64,000 nt of DNA. Source: Lama glama. Taxonomy: Eukaryota. Both the position numbers and the translations under genes were made by a program. Every line of letters begins with the position of its first letter. The first letter of the stretch is position 1. This document shows, piece by piece, positions 21,991 through 35,195 of the stretch. The stretch is from NCBI GenBank assembly GCA_028534125.1, contig CM052817.1:66218001-66282000 (forward strand), written 5' to 3'. Below the pieces are notes generated by a model. The model was given only the letters and a program-made list of their open reading frames with translations. It was not told where the DNA came from and did not search any database.

Positions 21991-24591
21991 TAAAATTTCA
22001 AGTATTTATAAGCTATCTTCAATTTTTAAGCTACAGAGAACTTTGAAATGTATATTCCATAAAAGTCAGACCATACTGCATAAATTTAGGCAAGACCTGG
22101 AACTACGCATATGCCTGACAGTGAATATTTAAAAGTCATTAACTCACTTCCCTCCATTGCCTACCAAAGAGCAATGTTTCTATTCCTTTGCTATTTATTT
22201 TCAAAATTCAAAATTATGTATCTATCTATGAATTACGTATCTCCCTATCTATATCTTGGTCAGCTTGTGGCCATCTCATTTACTCAGTAGAAACCCCAAA
22301 TTCTCCTGTTTTGGTTATGAACTTAAAAATTCACAGAATTCCCAGAGAAGAGAGTTAAATTTTGTTGGAAACCTAGTATTCCCTTAGTATTACCTTTATG
22401 TTTCTTTTTGGGTGACCAAAAATTTCTGGTCCTTTGATGGGTTTTTCTGGTTCAGACTCACTATATCAAAAAAGTATATATTCTTTTCTTATGTATAAAG
22501 GGAAATGAAAACTCTGGTTTCTATTATTACCTTTAATACTGTTATTTTACTTGATGTTTTTAAATTTATAAGACATATTCTTTTCCCGCTTTAGGAGAAA
22601 AAATATATTTTGGATACCGTAAGGAAATAGTCAGTATATGATGATATGCTATCTTTATAGCATTCTAAATTCTTTGTGTAGTAGTCATTTCTAAATATAA
22701 AAGATTAGATTATTTTACTAGCATTATATAAAGAATTTTTTGCTATAAGTAACTATTTTTCAGAACTATTTTTTAAGATAGAACTTGTAGTACCAAAATG
22801 CTGGGCATATATTTAAGTGCTTTAGATCGATTTCCTCAAAGACTGAGGAAAACTGGTATTTTCCTCAATCTCTGAAACTCCTGTTAATGCATCAGTTTTA
22901 ACACTGGAGACATTCATAGAAGAAAAGTGATTCTATTTGCAAGTGGAAGAAATCCATTTTACTATTCCATGACAAAAACATATTGTCTATACATTTCCTA
23001 TTTCAGAAGATCAACAAGTGAACTAGCATACTTATTCTCAGTAAGAATCTCCTTTTTCTTCGTCCTCCATCTTCATCAAAGGAAATGTGTAAATTTTAAT
23101 TTAAAATGTAAAAAGAGATGTTCATGAGCATTTTTACCCAGCACTTAACAAGCTCTTCTTTGGAACAACTCTGGACAACAGTTGTTATTATTACTACCTT
23201 TCGTTTAAAGCTGCCTTCCAAACCAAGGTGACTGATTCCAAGACCAGTACTCTTTTCAGATCACCCTGGTGGATGTGTAAAGAAAGACTGGTCTTTTCCA
23301 TAAATTTTTCATTTTCACAAGCAGTTCTAAAGAGAATAACCATCCTCATTAAGAATAATTTATAATAGAACAAACTGAGTGATAGACAATTGCTCTGGGT
23401 TTCAATTTAGAGGTGGGGAGTCATGCCCTTCTCTCCAGATTATTTTGGCACTTCCTAGAGGAGCAGGGAGCTGCAGGATTTTCCTCTGCTTTATTGCCAA
23501 GTCATGCTTTTGGTGCATAGTGATACTCCTGGAATACTTGTTTGACCTTGTTGATTTCTTGATTGCAGCCTTATGTTGTAATATTGTCTTAAGCTGGGTT
23601 TTTTTTTTCCTGTTTCTAAGTATTTTCTATATTTTGCTGTTTACGTGGGCCTATTTTTTAGAGTTAGAAAGATGTTGAAATACTATCCTCAATCTAAAGA
23701 GTAACTGTGGATCTTTCTTCTGTTACTTCTTTATAGCAATTTTTTTTTTGTTTTCACTGAAGCCAGCCTTTTCTACCAGCTCTTACTTTACTAGTTCTGA
23801 ATTATCTCATTACGTTTAATCACAGTCTCAAGGAAAAACCCATATGTAATACCAATTCTAGTGGACTATAATCCAGTCTTCTTTATAAACCAAATGATGA
23901 ACTTTATACTGAAACATACATTTATACCATGTATGACCATGCATCCATACAATATATGCTTTACATATCTATTCTGTAGAATACAGAACTTTTATTCTCC
24001 AAAACATGGTACTCAGCTGGTTACTAGTCTTCAAGGTCCTTTTCTCAGATACTTTACAATCTATATTTTGAAGGTGATTTAATCCTTAATTCAGTAGTGT
24101 CTCAGTCCGTTTAACAGCATCGTATCGTCAACTTATTTCCTGTGTAGAGAGTTTTAATCCTGCCACTTGTCATTGAATTACTAACTGCCTTATTTCTTTG
24201 GTACCTCTTATCTTACAAGAATTTACTTTTCCTTCTTACTCTAGAGGAGAACAAAATTTCAAAATAAAATTTTAATAAAAACCAGTTCTAAGATCTTAGT
24301 CATTATATTTCAGGATAGAAGCACAGATTAATATATTTCTACTATAGACCGGTCTTTTAAATTTTGTATATGATTAGAAAATGCAGAGTAACATTTCAGT
24401 CCATGAGTTTGGTAGCTCTGTAGCGCTCAGAAGGTGTTTAGATTTGTCCAGTGCATGATCGTAGTGAATACCCAAAATTTATATTAGTGATAGTCTGTTT
24501 ATTTTGGGGTAGGGGGCATTCCTCCTCTCTTTTGACTCTATCCTTTACCCAGGCATAAATCATACCCTTACTCGGAGCACCTCTAACCAAA

Positions 24592-24614
24592 CAACAGCAG
24601 CAACAACAGCAACA
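24592..24614. repeat. Short (CAA/CAG)n trinucleotide tract
   Basis: CAACAGCAGCAACAACAGCAACA. Confidence 0.7.
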
Positions 24615-26599
24615 CTCCAACTTGTTCAGAGATTCGAGTGTTGATTTTAAAGTATAAAATACATAATCAAAATCAAAGGACGGTGATAAAGACATCTCCC
24701 AAGCCTCCTGAAGGTACTGTATGTAAGGAAAGGGAAGACTCTGAGATTTAGTATCTAATATAAGATATATATCATGCTCTGCCCGGCACCTACAGCTGTT
24801 TTTCACTTCCTAGAGACTCAAAACTAGAAATTCAAGGCAAAAAAAAAAAAAAGAAAAGGAAAAAGAGAGAGGATTCTGTAGAAAGCAGATAATGAAAAAA
24901 CCTAAGCTCAGCATAACACACAATCTCTATATTTATCATCTCTTTTCTTGGAGAACTGAGCTTGTCAAATACCTTAATTCTCATTTTGCTTCTTTTAACT
25001 GGGATTTGACTTTTTTGTGGGGTTTTCCCCCAAGATTTAAGCATAATTTTTCCCCCCAATTTGATTTTCTTACAAATTCCAGGAGTTGATTTTCGTAATG
25101 CTCAAAGGAGAAAGTTCATTATTCAGTAAGATCTTTTGCTTCCAGCGCTAGTAAGAAAAAGTAGCCTGTGAAAACTCTCCAAGGATCTGTTCTGTCCAGG
25201 AGTGGAAGTCTCCTTGGTCTGAAGAAATGAGTCAACCTTACGTATGGACAAGAATGGAAGACCCAGGGAACAGGAAGTGCTGTTTGGTAGATAATGTTTT
25301 AGGGTGGGTTTTGAGTAATGATGTAACATTATTTGTGCACGGAGTACAGTGACCCTGGACATAACATTTGATGGGTAGACCCACCTTGATATCAAGCCTT
25401 GGGTCTTACTCAACATTTAATACCCAGTTTCTTGTAGTAGAGGTTCAGTGAATATTTGAAGCTCAGTGAATATTTTTTAACCTAGTGCTCCCTTGCTAGC
25501 ATGCTTCAAGACTATCTAGGGCAGACACTCCATATTCTATTTCATTTGTATTTCTCATAAAGTCCTAGAAATTGCAGTGACCCTGTAAATAGTAGAATCT
25601 CAAAGAATCTGACTAGAGAATTGGTAATTTCTAATTAACTGAGCTAGCTATATCCAATGGAATATTCCACAGCCATTACACACAGTGTTTTGGCAGAATT
25701 TTGAATAACTTGGGACATTTCTGGGATGTAATGCTAAGTTAAAAAAAAAATCAGGACGTTAGTGTCATGGTTTTTCTCACTTACCTTTCTTGAACATTTT
25801 CCAGTGTTTTAAATTATTCCAAAAGTATTTTTAAAATAATAATAATTAACTAAGCTAGGCATAATGAATTGTGTCAGGGAGAAAATGTTTTTTTCCCCTC
25901 TCTTTTTTCCAGTTGTATAAATTTAGTTTGGCAGTGGGGCAAAATATACTTCTCCCAAAAGTTTACCTTTGAGGACTAATTAGCTTTAGTCATATCCTGG
26001 TATTACCTCTGGTCTGCTTTATATGTAAAAGCTTTGACTCCTAAAGTCATGTATTTAGTGTTTATTTTTTGTGATATCTAAAGCCCTTCCCTAAAATATT
26101 TTTCATTTTCTGGGATTTTATTGTTTCATAAGATGTTTGAATTTATGAAACCTCAGTTATCATTTGGCTTAAATACCTCATAATGTAGATGAAGAAATTA
26201 AAGTTCAGAGTAATAAATGGGAAATAGAGAAGCATCACCTATTGTAAATTAAATATGTGCTAGACATTATGCTCTACTACATGCATACATTATTAATTTT
26301 ATACTTGCAAGTTAACCTTCATTTTATAAATGGACATCTATTTAACCTTTGACTCCCCTGGCCAACAAGAAAATACTTCAGAACTTACTGGCATACATTA
26401 ATTGAGAATTATTTTAATCACCACAGGGATTAATATACTTTTTCAGAAACCACATAAAAATTGTTGGTGATTAAAAACCAATTAAAAGAGTCAGATTTTG
26501 ATTGATGCACTATACTCTTCCCAGTTTCCTTGATCTACAAGGCAGCCTTAACAATCCTTTTACTCGTAAAACATAATGGCATTTTAAAATTAGTATACA

Positions 26600-26974
26600 G
26601 AAGGTAATTACCTAGCATAGACCATTCTCTCCTTCAACAGTAACAGAACCCTTACCTTCATTCCAGGTAGAAACACATCCAAGTAAAAGATTATGTTTCC
26701 CAGTCTCCTCTGTGTCTGAGGATGAATGCTGGGATATCAACAAGAGATGTTGGATGAGGCTTATTAGAAAGCGATTTTCCCCCTTGCCCCTTCCTATAAT
26801 TTTCTGTCTGGATCATGAATACGATGACTGGAGCTCTAGAGGACAGGGACAGTGTGGTTTCCTGGTGGCACTAGAGAGCTGCCGTGCTGAACTTCTTCTA
26901 GATTAGAGAATAAATTCATGTGTTTAAACCACTGTTGTCGGATTTCTGTGACTAGCCACAATTCCCAACTGATA
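26600..26974 (+). mobile_element. MLT1J-like MaLR LTR
   Basis: AGTAACAGAACCC...TTTCCCAGTCTCC...AATAAATTCATGTGTTTAAACCACTG...CCCAACTGATA. Confidence 0.6.
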
Positions 26975-27247
26975 AGCCATTTTTGACAAATTTGGAAGAG
27001 CTCATTAGTATTTTTAAACTGTGCTCCATAGCTTTATTGTTTCTTGATGTTGTTCAGGCAGTTGTCTGGGAAGGATTGGAAAGAAGGAAAGCATGATTCT
27101 CAACTTCTCTGTGCCTGTCCATGTAAACACCTTTTATTTCATCTGTTTTATTGTTTAGCCATCCATGTGGCATTTCATTTGAACCAGAGTCCCGTAGCTT
27201 AAAGTAATTTGAAAACCACTAAATTCTAGATCCAAATTCTCACCACA

Positions 27248-27485
27248 TAATTGCTAAAACAATTACTATGTTTCAGGCATTCTTCTAAGTGTTTAATCTG
27301 TAATAAATCATGTAACTCTCTCAGTAACCCTGTGAAGTAAATGCTGTTACTATTCCCATCCCACACACAAGGAAACCATGGCACAAAAATACTAATTTGT
27401 GCAAGACTGCAAATCCTGTATGTGGCATAGCTGAGGTTCGGACGTGGGGCAACTTGCCCCACAATCCAAGCTTTGAACCACCATC
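27248..27485 (-). mobile_element. MIR, near full length
   Basis: CAGGCATTCTTCTAAGTG...AACCCTGTGAAGTA...TATTCCCAT..AGGAAACCATGGCACA...GCTGAGGTTCGGAC. Confidence 0.7.
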
Positions 27486-28727
27486 CTGTGTCTACACATG
27501 ATCACTAAATTAATGCTCATGAAATGTAAGTGGTTTTCTCAAGTTAAAACAGCAAATTTGTGGGAGACCTGAAGAAGCTCTCAGATCACTCAACTCTAAT
27601 GTTCTTCCCAGAACACCAAGCAGTAGCCTCCGTCTCTTCTTAACAATTTTTTTCCATATGACAAAATAAAATTTAAGTCACTTTTCTAGCTGCTGCAGTT
27701 GCAAATGAATGACACCCATTACAGATTAATTCAAATTTCAATTTCTAGCTTCTTTGTAAAAAATAATTCTCCTGAACAGAGTAGCAGTAACTCTATAGTT
27801 GGCTGAAACCTTTTTTACCCCCTTGCATTCTTTTAAATGTTAATGTCATCTCTCTCCATATCCTTCAAACCTTCTATTAATCCCAGACTTTGAAAAGGTT
27901 TATAAATTCTAGAATGCAAGTTGTCTAGTCTCGAACAGCTGGTAAAATCTGCCTTAAAACCTTGCTTCAAGCCCTACTTAAATCACGTAAGCATCAATTT
28001 AACGCCTCTACCATTTCCTCTGCTGATACATTAGCAAGTCTAGCCTCATGACTTTTTCCTTATAAAACCACCAATGCACAATATTAAACAGCATATTTTC
28101 TATTAGAATGTAGATTTCTAATTCTATAAGACATTAAGGCTGTGTACAAGAAAAAAAATTGGTTTTCTAGAGGAAATTTCTGCCTGCAAACATTTCTCCA
28201 AGATGTACATATTCTGTTTTTAAAATTTTAACCTACAAAATTTTATGAACTTAAACAGAAGTAATCATTTTTCTTAATTCGGTGATTAAGATCTCTTACA
28301 GGCCTTTCATACCACTACCTATTGTCTATAGTTTTCTTACAAAATAAAAGATTCCAAAATAAGGGAAACAATACTTTTAGAATAGTACAGATGTCTGCTC
28401 TTGTCTGTTTTCTCCACTAATGGTTAAAACAGACTTTTGTTACCAGTTATCTCTATATGGAAGGTTTCTTTATATAACTTTTGTAGATGTGGAGTTAGAA
28501 TATTATCATAATTCTGCTGAGTAACTTTTCAGGTCAATGCAAGCTATATAGAAATGATTAGAGAGATGGCTTTGTAAGTTTCCTTTAGCCCATCTTAATT
28601 TAAATTACGTCAGTTTTTAAAGACACTCACTTCACTTTACAATTTGCCTAGAGTTACTAGTATTGTTATTCATTCATTAGTGAAAGGTGGAAGAAGTCAA
28701 AGAATGGAATTATTAATCACCCAAAGC

Positions 28728-28900
28728 CTCGTTATCCTGAACTGGCTTACTAGAATAATCATCTGAGACCATCTTAGAAGTACAGATTTCTAAGTGGACC
28801 CCAGAACTGCTGACTTAAAACCTCCTGGAGTGGACCCAGTGCTTGTAATCTTGAAAGTTCCTCCAGTGATTCTGATGTACAGTTAGGTTTCCAAAACCAG
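28728..28900. mobile_element. MER5A-like hAT-Charlie MITE
   Basis: TACAGATTTC...CCCCAGAAC..CTGAC...CCTCCAGTGATTCTGATGTACAG. Confidence 0.6.
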
Positions 28901-29229
28901 ATTTAAAGAAAAACTGCCTTAGTCATGTGAAATGTAAACTATTCTAAAAATTATGCTTTAAAATTCAGGAATTCATGTTTTATAAATTTCAATACTATGG
29001 ATAATTTATAAATATAAATAACTAGAAATATTTACATACAACAATCACATAGATGTGTGTGTCATCTCCTCTTTTCCAACAGGTTCTTCCATTTAAAACT
29101 TAGAAATGTATCTAAGAAGTCTTTATAATGGGAAAGAGTGGTTGAGAGGGAAAGACAATATAAAGGGTGGAGGATAAAAAGGAATGATAAAGAAGGGAAA
29201 ATTTGGAAACCAGTTTTCTTTATGCATTA

Positions 29230-30220
29230 ATTCAATGATTTTTTTTCTCACTTACAAAAGATTATAGTTTTTCTGTGAAAAGTTTAGAACATACAGACAC
29301 GTATAAAAAGGTGAACATATATTATAATTATTGTTACTATTTTATAAATATCTTTCTAATCTTTCTATTAAACATACCAGTAAAAAATTTGGAATCATAC
29401 TATATATGCTGTGCTATAATTTCATCTTTCCATTCCGCATTATTGAGATCAGGTTTTCAAGTCATTGAACATTGTTCTATGCCTTGATTTTTAATGTCAG
29501 CAAAATATTCTATTACATGAATGAATATTTGGCCACTCCATATTTCAGAACCTTTGTCTCATTTTTAACATTATGAGTAATGTTATTATAAATATGTATG
29601 TAACTTTTACATATAATGAGAATACTATTTGCTTTGTATCCTCACAGGGTTTTAAAAATAAACGTATTTCACAAATTGATAGATAAAAAGGGTGACTTAG
29701 TATTTAATTTGCACTTCTTTGATTGCTGTTGAAGATGAATATTTGTCCCTAAGGGTAATGGCCTTATTTTTCTTTATTTTTTGAAGTTGCCTATTTATAT
29801 TCTTTCGCCTATTTTTTTCAACAGGCATTCTCATTTTTTTCTTAATCATTTCTAATATTTTAATCAAGGATGTTAAACCCCTGTTTATCCAGATATTATG
29901 TAATTATTTCCTAGTGGTTTATTTTTAACTTTTAAAATGTTTGGTTTTTTAACTGTATGTATTTCATTTTTGTATGGTCATATTTGCTGTGCTTTATGGC
30001 TCCTGTTCTTGCTTTTATTCCCTGTTCAAGTCAAGGTGAAATATATTCACTATGTATTTCTTAAGCCTTTTTGGATTGTTGTATATAACTTTTTAATATA
30101 CCTGAAATTTATTCTGGAGTATAGTTTGAGGTTTGGCTCTAATTGTATTTTGCTCCCAAATAGTTTGCATTTGGCTCAGTGGTTTCCAATGAGTAATATA
30201 TATTCTTTCTCCACTGATAC
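29230..30220 (-). mobile_element. Old L1ME-like ORF2/3' remnant
   Basis: TTTAATTTGCACTTCTTTGATT...GTTGCCTATTTATATTCTTTCGCCTATTTT; accounts for the hydrophobic ORF at 29937-30419. Confidence 0.55.
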
Positions 30221-31124
30221 GTATGACAACTTTAGAAAAAATGCATGTCATTGGAAAGCAACTCCAATATGCAATTGCAACTATTTTTGTTTGCCCTCAC
30301 CCTGTGATACCACGGAGGCAGTGTCCATGTTTCTGTCCCCGGGTCCTCTCCTCTGGTGCCCTGTAACATCATGGCTTGTGACATTACTCTCATATCCTTA
30401 CAGCACAAAGCAGCAGTGATGTCTCCAACTCCTTTTCCTCCGTGTATCTGAAATATGTCAGCTTCTCTGCTCTGTCACCTTCTCCTATACGCCACGAACA
30501 TTTCTTGCCTAATCTACTACAAAACCTCTTAATTATCTTATACCTATAACTGTCTCTCTGTCTTCCCACATAATTTTCTACATCTATCTCTATTACATAT
30601 ATATGAATGTTTGTACTTTGGTTCTGATAGTCACCTTTATACTGCTACCTTTTACAAAATGTCCTTAATTCCTTTTTTTTTTGTTGTTGCTATTTTCTAT
30701 TGGTATCCTGTTAAGAGCTTTATTGAAGTAAGCTAGTATCATCATATTCTCCCTTCAACTTCACCTCACCTAGAATCTGATTTGATTAAAACTAAGTAGT
30801 GATAGGTCTCAGAAACTTCCAAATCTTTACTTCCAGAATGAGAGTTATCCCTTCCTAAGCTGGAATTTCTGTAGGTAGAATTGAAATTACATAGATTGGA
30901 AGTACCTGGGGAGGCAGAGAAAGAGTGAAAGGAAAGTTCAAAGAGACATCCTAAAATGGCAGATCTCAGAGAGCACGTCCTCCTAGAAGAAAAGGAATAC
31001 ATCCAAAAGGAAATTATGTCCCTTCACAATTTCATCCAGGGAGAGTGCCAGGGAAGCCAGGGATGAGAGGCCCTATGAACGAGGTTGGGTTCTGGGATGT
31101 AAAAGTGGCATATTTTAAATTAAA

Positions 31125-31318
31125 AAAACTTTTAATTGTAGTAAAATACACATAAAAATATTTACAATCGTAACCACTTTTTTAGTGTACTATTCAATAC
31201 TGTTAAGTATGTTCACATTGTTGCGCAGTCAATCCTCAGAACTCTTTTCATCTTGCAGAACTGAAACTCCATCCCCAGTAAACAACAAGTCCCCATTCTA
31301 CACTCCCCACAGCCCCAG
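31125..31318 (-). mobile_element. L1MB-like 3' end
   Basis: Homologous to 8605-8870 (AGAACTCTTTTCATCTTGCAGAACTGAAACTCC). Confidence 0.8.
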
Positions 31319-31449
31319 AGGGGTTATATTTTAAGGAAACTAAAGAGAGATCCCTCTATCAATGAAACCTGGGCAGCTGCCTTGGCCTTTCTCCTCTATT
31401 CCAGGAATTTCTTGCTAATAGCTAGTTTCAAAGAATTCAGCTACTTCAA

Positions 31450-32045
31450 AGATGAATTATGTAAAGGGATACATCCAATTTCTGTATGATGAAACTATGA
31501 ACAAATAATGTGTGGAAAAACTTCTTTACATATGCAAAAAATGCCAGAAAAATTTTGCCACAAGATAGAAGAAAAGAATAACCTAACTGTAAATTGAGTA
31601 AGAAAAATGTCATGAAGTAATTGCAGCTATGAAGGCAGACTGAAGAAATAATACAAGAACTTGGCAGACAATATGGCCAGGCAATTGGAACCAAGACCAG
31701 AAAACAAAAGAGGGAAAAATGGAAAATAGAAGAATACAGGAAAGAACTAGAAGTAAATGAGATCATTTCAGAAATAGAGACCAAATTAAAAGGACTAAAG
31801 AGTGAATAGACATTACAGAAAGCATGACAAGAATGAGATGGGTTAATGGCAAAAGCAAACAAAATGAGGCAGCAAACAGGAAAGATTTCAAAAGATTAGA
31901 GAGAAATTTTATACTTAGGAGATAGACAAAAGAGATTTAACATGTGCACACTTGAAATTCCTGAAGAAGAAAATCAAAACATGGACCAGAACAAACATTT
32001 TGAAACATGAATCAAAAAACCGCTTCTGAAATAAGGAAGAATAAC
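31450..32045 (+). mobile_element. Old L1M ORF1 remnant
   Basis: Purine-rich coiled-coil-like region; AGATAGACAAAAGAGATTTAACATG...GAAATTCCTGAAGAAGAA corresponds to the ORF1 R.NI..IG.PEEE motif. Confidence 0.6.
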
Positions 32046-32304
32046 AATTTATAGAAAGAAACCCTGGAAGGAAGCACAGGAACTGAGGAGAGTGCCGACT
32101 GACAGGAATGGGGAGGATGGGGACTGGGGTGGGAGCAGGATTTCCCTGCTTCTGTCTTGTTACATGGTCTTGATTCTGAAACATTTGAATATATCATCTA
32201 TTAAAAATATAATAAAATTTAAAAATACCTGCCACATGGTAGTTCCCCTAGATAAGTCATTTTTATAGGCCTCATCTTTTTTTCTCTTTAAAAAATTTTT
32301 TGAC

Positions 32305-32826
32305 CTTTTTTTTTTAACTGAAGTATAGTCAGTTTACAATGTTGTGTCAATTTCTGGTGTATAGCATAAAGCTTCAGTCATACATGCACATACATATGTT
32401 TGTTTTCATATTCTTTTTCTTTATCAGTTACTACCAGATATTTAATATAGCTCCCTGTGCTATACAGTTAGACTTATTGTTTATCTGTTTTATATATAGT
32501 AGTTAGTATCTGCAAATCCCAAACTCCTAATTTATCCCTTCCCACCCCTTCCTCCTTGGTAACCATAAGTTTGTTTTCTGTGTCTGTTTCTGTTCTGTAA
32601 ATAAGTAAGTAAGTTCATTTGTGTCTCTCTCTCTCTCTTTTTTTTTTTTAGATTCCACATATGAGTGATATCATATGGTATTTTTCTTTCTGTTTCTGGT
32701 TTCCTTCACTTAGATTAACGATCTCCAGATCCATCCATGTTGCAGCAAATGGCATTATTTTATTCCTTTTAATGGCTGAGTAGTATTCCATTGTGCATAT
32801 ATACCACAACTTCTTTATTTAGTTAT
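32305..32826 (-). mobile_element. Camelid-type L1 3' end
   Basis: T-tract, GAAGTATAGTCAGTTTACAATG...AGATTCCACATATGAGTGATATCATATGG...GGCTGAGTAGTATTCC. Confidence 0.85.
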
Positions 32827-32911
32827 ATGAGTTCTTACCAGGCCTGATCTATAAATGGAGCATGTGGCTTGTCCCTGGCTCCTTTTTTTCTCCTCCTGGC
32901 TCCTGTTCTAA

Positions 32912-33195
32912 TTTACTCACTGATTCACTAAATAGTTGTTTTCTACTATGTGCCAGTCATCATTCTAGCCATTGGGCTACATCAATGAAAACATAAAGAC
33001 AAATCTCCATCCTCATGGAATTTACATTCTTATTGTAGGGGAAGGGGAAAGGGAATCAAATATATGTAAGTAAAATGTATAGTATGTTAGATGATGATAA
33101 GTCCTCTGGGAAGAAAGTAAAACATAGAGTGTAGGGACTGAGGGAGGTGTGAAGGTGCTTGCAATTTTTGACAAGGTCTTTAGGAAAGACCTGGA
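32912..33195 (-). mobile_element. L2 3' end
   Basis: TCACTGATTCACTAAATA..CTACTATGTGCCAG...CCTCATGGAATTTACATTCT. Confidence 0.65.
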
Positions 33196-35195
33196 ATAAA
33201 AGATTCCTCCTTTGTTTTAACCTGTGGAGCCCCTAACCAGATTTCAGCTCCTCTGTAGGTATTTAATTTGAATATCTTAGGCAGAAAGAGAAATTCCTAG
33301 TTTTATTTCTTGAGGTTATTTTGGTGAGAAGTAAATTCTACTTTTAAAATTGTCTTAAGTTTTTTTTTTGACTCTTTCTTTATTAGAAATGGTGAATTAA
33401 AATAAACTAACCCCCAAAACAAACCACACTGTAATTTCTCAAGTCCTTCATTCCATAAACCTTCTTGGGTCAACAAGATACCCACACGTAAGTGCCTTTT
33501 AGAGCAAATAATTTCCTGAATTGGAGCCCAAAAGATTATTAAAGGGAAGGATGGGGAGGAGGTTATTGGAAAAGCTGTGATTCTACTAAAAAGCAGTTCC
33601 GACACCCTGAGTTGGAGGCTTCTCTCTTTCTGGTAAGTAAAGGGAATCTATGTCCACAATGTGGAAGATTTGCTCCTGTGTTCTCTACTCCTGCATCTCC
33701 CTTACCAAGGATTTTTTGAGATTTTTACTAATTCCATTACTATCTGACTCTGTGAAAATGCGTTGCTTTTACAAATTAAGTGTCCAGTGCTTCTGAAATT
33801 TTGAATCTTAAAAATCTGTTTCCTCAACTAAATGAGAAGGTAGATGAATTAGGTATTGCCCACATTCTGTCAAGAGAAACCTAGGGGCTTCTTTATCTTT
33901 TATTTTAAATTTAATCTAATTTTATTCAAAATATTTCATGTGTACAATTTAAAAAGTCAAATAGTTCTTCAAGGATTATAAATAGAAATGAGAGCCCTCT
34001 GCTTTGCTCTGCTACAATCTGATTGTTATACCCCAATGGAAATCATTTTTAGTGTTTTAGCTTTTTATTTTTGTTTTTAGCTCTACATTTTAAAGGCATG
34101 CTCAGATTGCTGTCTTTGACCTTTGAGCTTCAAATATTATACATAGATTCCTATTATGAAATGTGAGTATTTAGTTCTCTTGTATCTGCTACCCCACTCC
34201 GAAGTTATTCAGTTAAGTTGCTCTTCAGTGCTTATATTGTTGTAACATTATTCATTTTATTTGTAACTGACACATCCATGGTACATTGCTTTGCTTGGTC
34301 ATCTGTTTATTTTATTTTTTTTAGTTGATAAGTGATTCACTTTTCTTTTGCTTTGTTTTCTTCTACACACCTATTATTAATTTATCCCCAGATTTTTACC
34401 AGGAATAGGAATCTCTTCTCAAAGAGTCCAAACATAACAGGTAATATATTAGTTTTATTTATGTATTTATTGAAATATTGCTTCTGGGAGCCTCCCATTC
34501 CCTCAGTGTGGTTTTTTGCTTATTGGCTTTACAGCAGTGTGTTCCAGAGCTGCCCCTTCATCATAATGAGTGTGAAGATTTCATAAGGCTCTTTTGTCTG
34601 GATCCCACATTTCTTGGATTTCATTTCTATTCTGGATTTATTCCCTTGATTTCATGAGGAACAGCTCCCAGTACTATAAGAAATTGGTCACTGGAGTAAA
34701 ATTATTGACACTTTGCACATCTGAAAATCTCTTACGTTGTTCCCACACTTGGGTATAGAATTCTAGATTGGAAGTCATTTTCCATCAGATTTATGAAGAC
34801 TGCAAAGTTAGTTCATTGTTTTCTAGCTTCCAGTGTTGCTGTTGAAGTGTCTGATGTGCTATTTTAAAAATATTTTATTTTGAAGTAATTACATACTCAT
34901 AGGAAGCTGAAAAAATTGTAGAGTCCCAGGTAGCCTTCTCCCAGCTTACTCCAGTGTTGGGAAGTTGAGCTGTCCCAACGGGGACAACTAAACAGGTGTA
35001 GTACAATATTAAATGATGCTGTTTTTATTTCCATTCTATTGCAAATGACATTCTATTTTATTTCTGAAAATTTTTAGACTTATAGGTATCCCCCTTCAAA
35101 TGTTCTGAAATTTTATGATAATTTTCTTTGTCTGCTTCCATTTCTCATTAGTCTCTTTCTATTTGTCCTTGTAAGTTAATCACCTTAAACTTTTA

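Noticed and set aside
24438..24806. ORF with poly-Cys, or possible poly-Gln on the opposite strand
   Set aside because: Due to a short CAA/CAG tract; all + strand frames after the nearby acceptor hit stops
25444..25476. Direct repeat TCAGTGAATATTT twice
   Set aside because: Simple ~19-bp slippage duplication with only two units, not an array
29937..30419. 160-aa hydrophobic ORF resembling a membrane protein
   Set aside because: T-rich antisense L1 sequence produces F/L/I/Y-rich pseudo-ORFs
34971..34986. Hairpin TGTCCC-AACG-GGGACA
   Set aside because: A 6-bp stem is expected by chance in 64 kb
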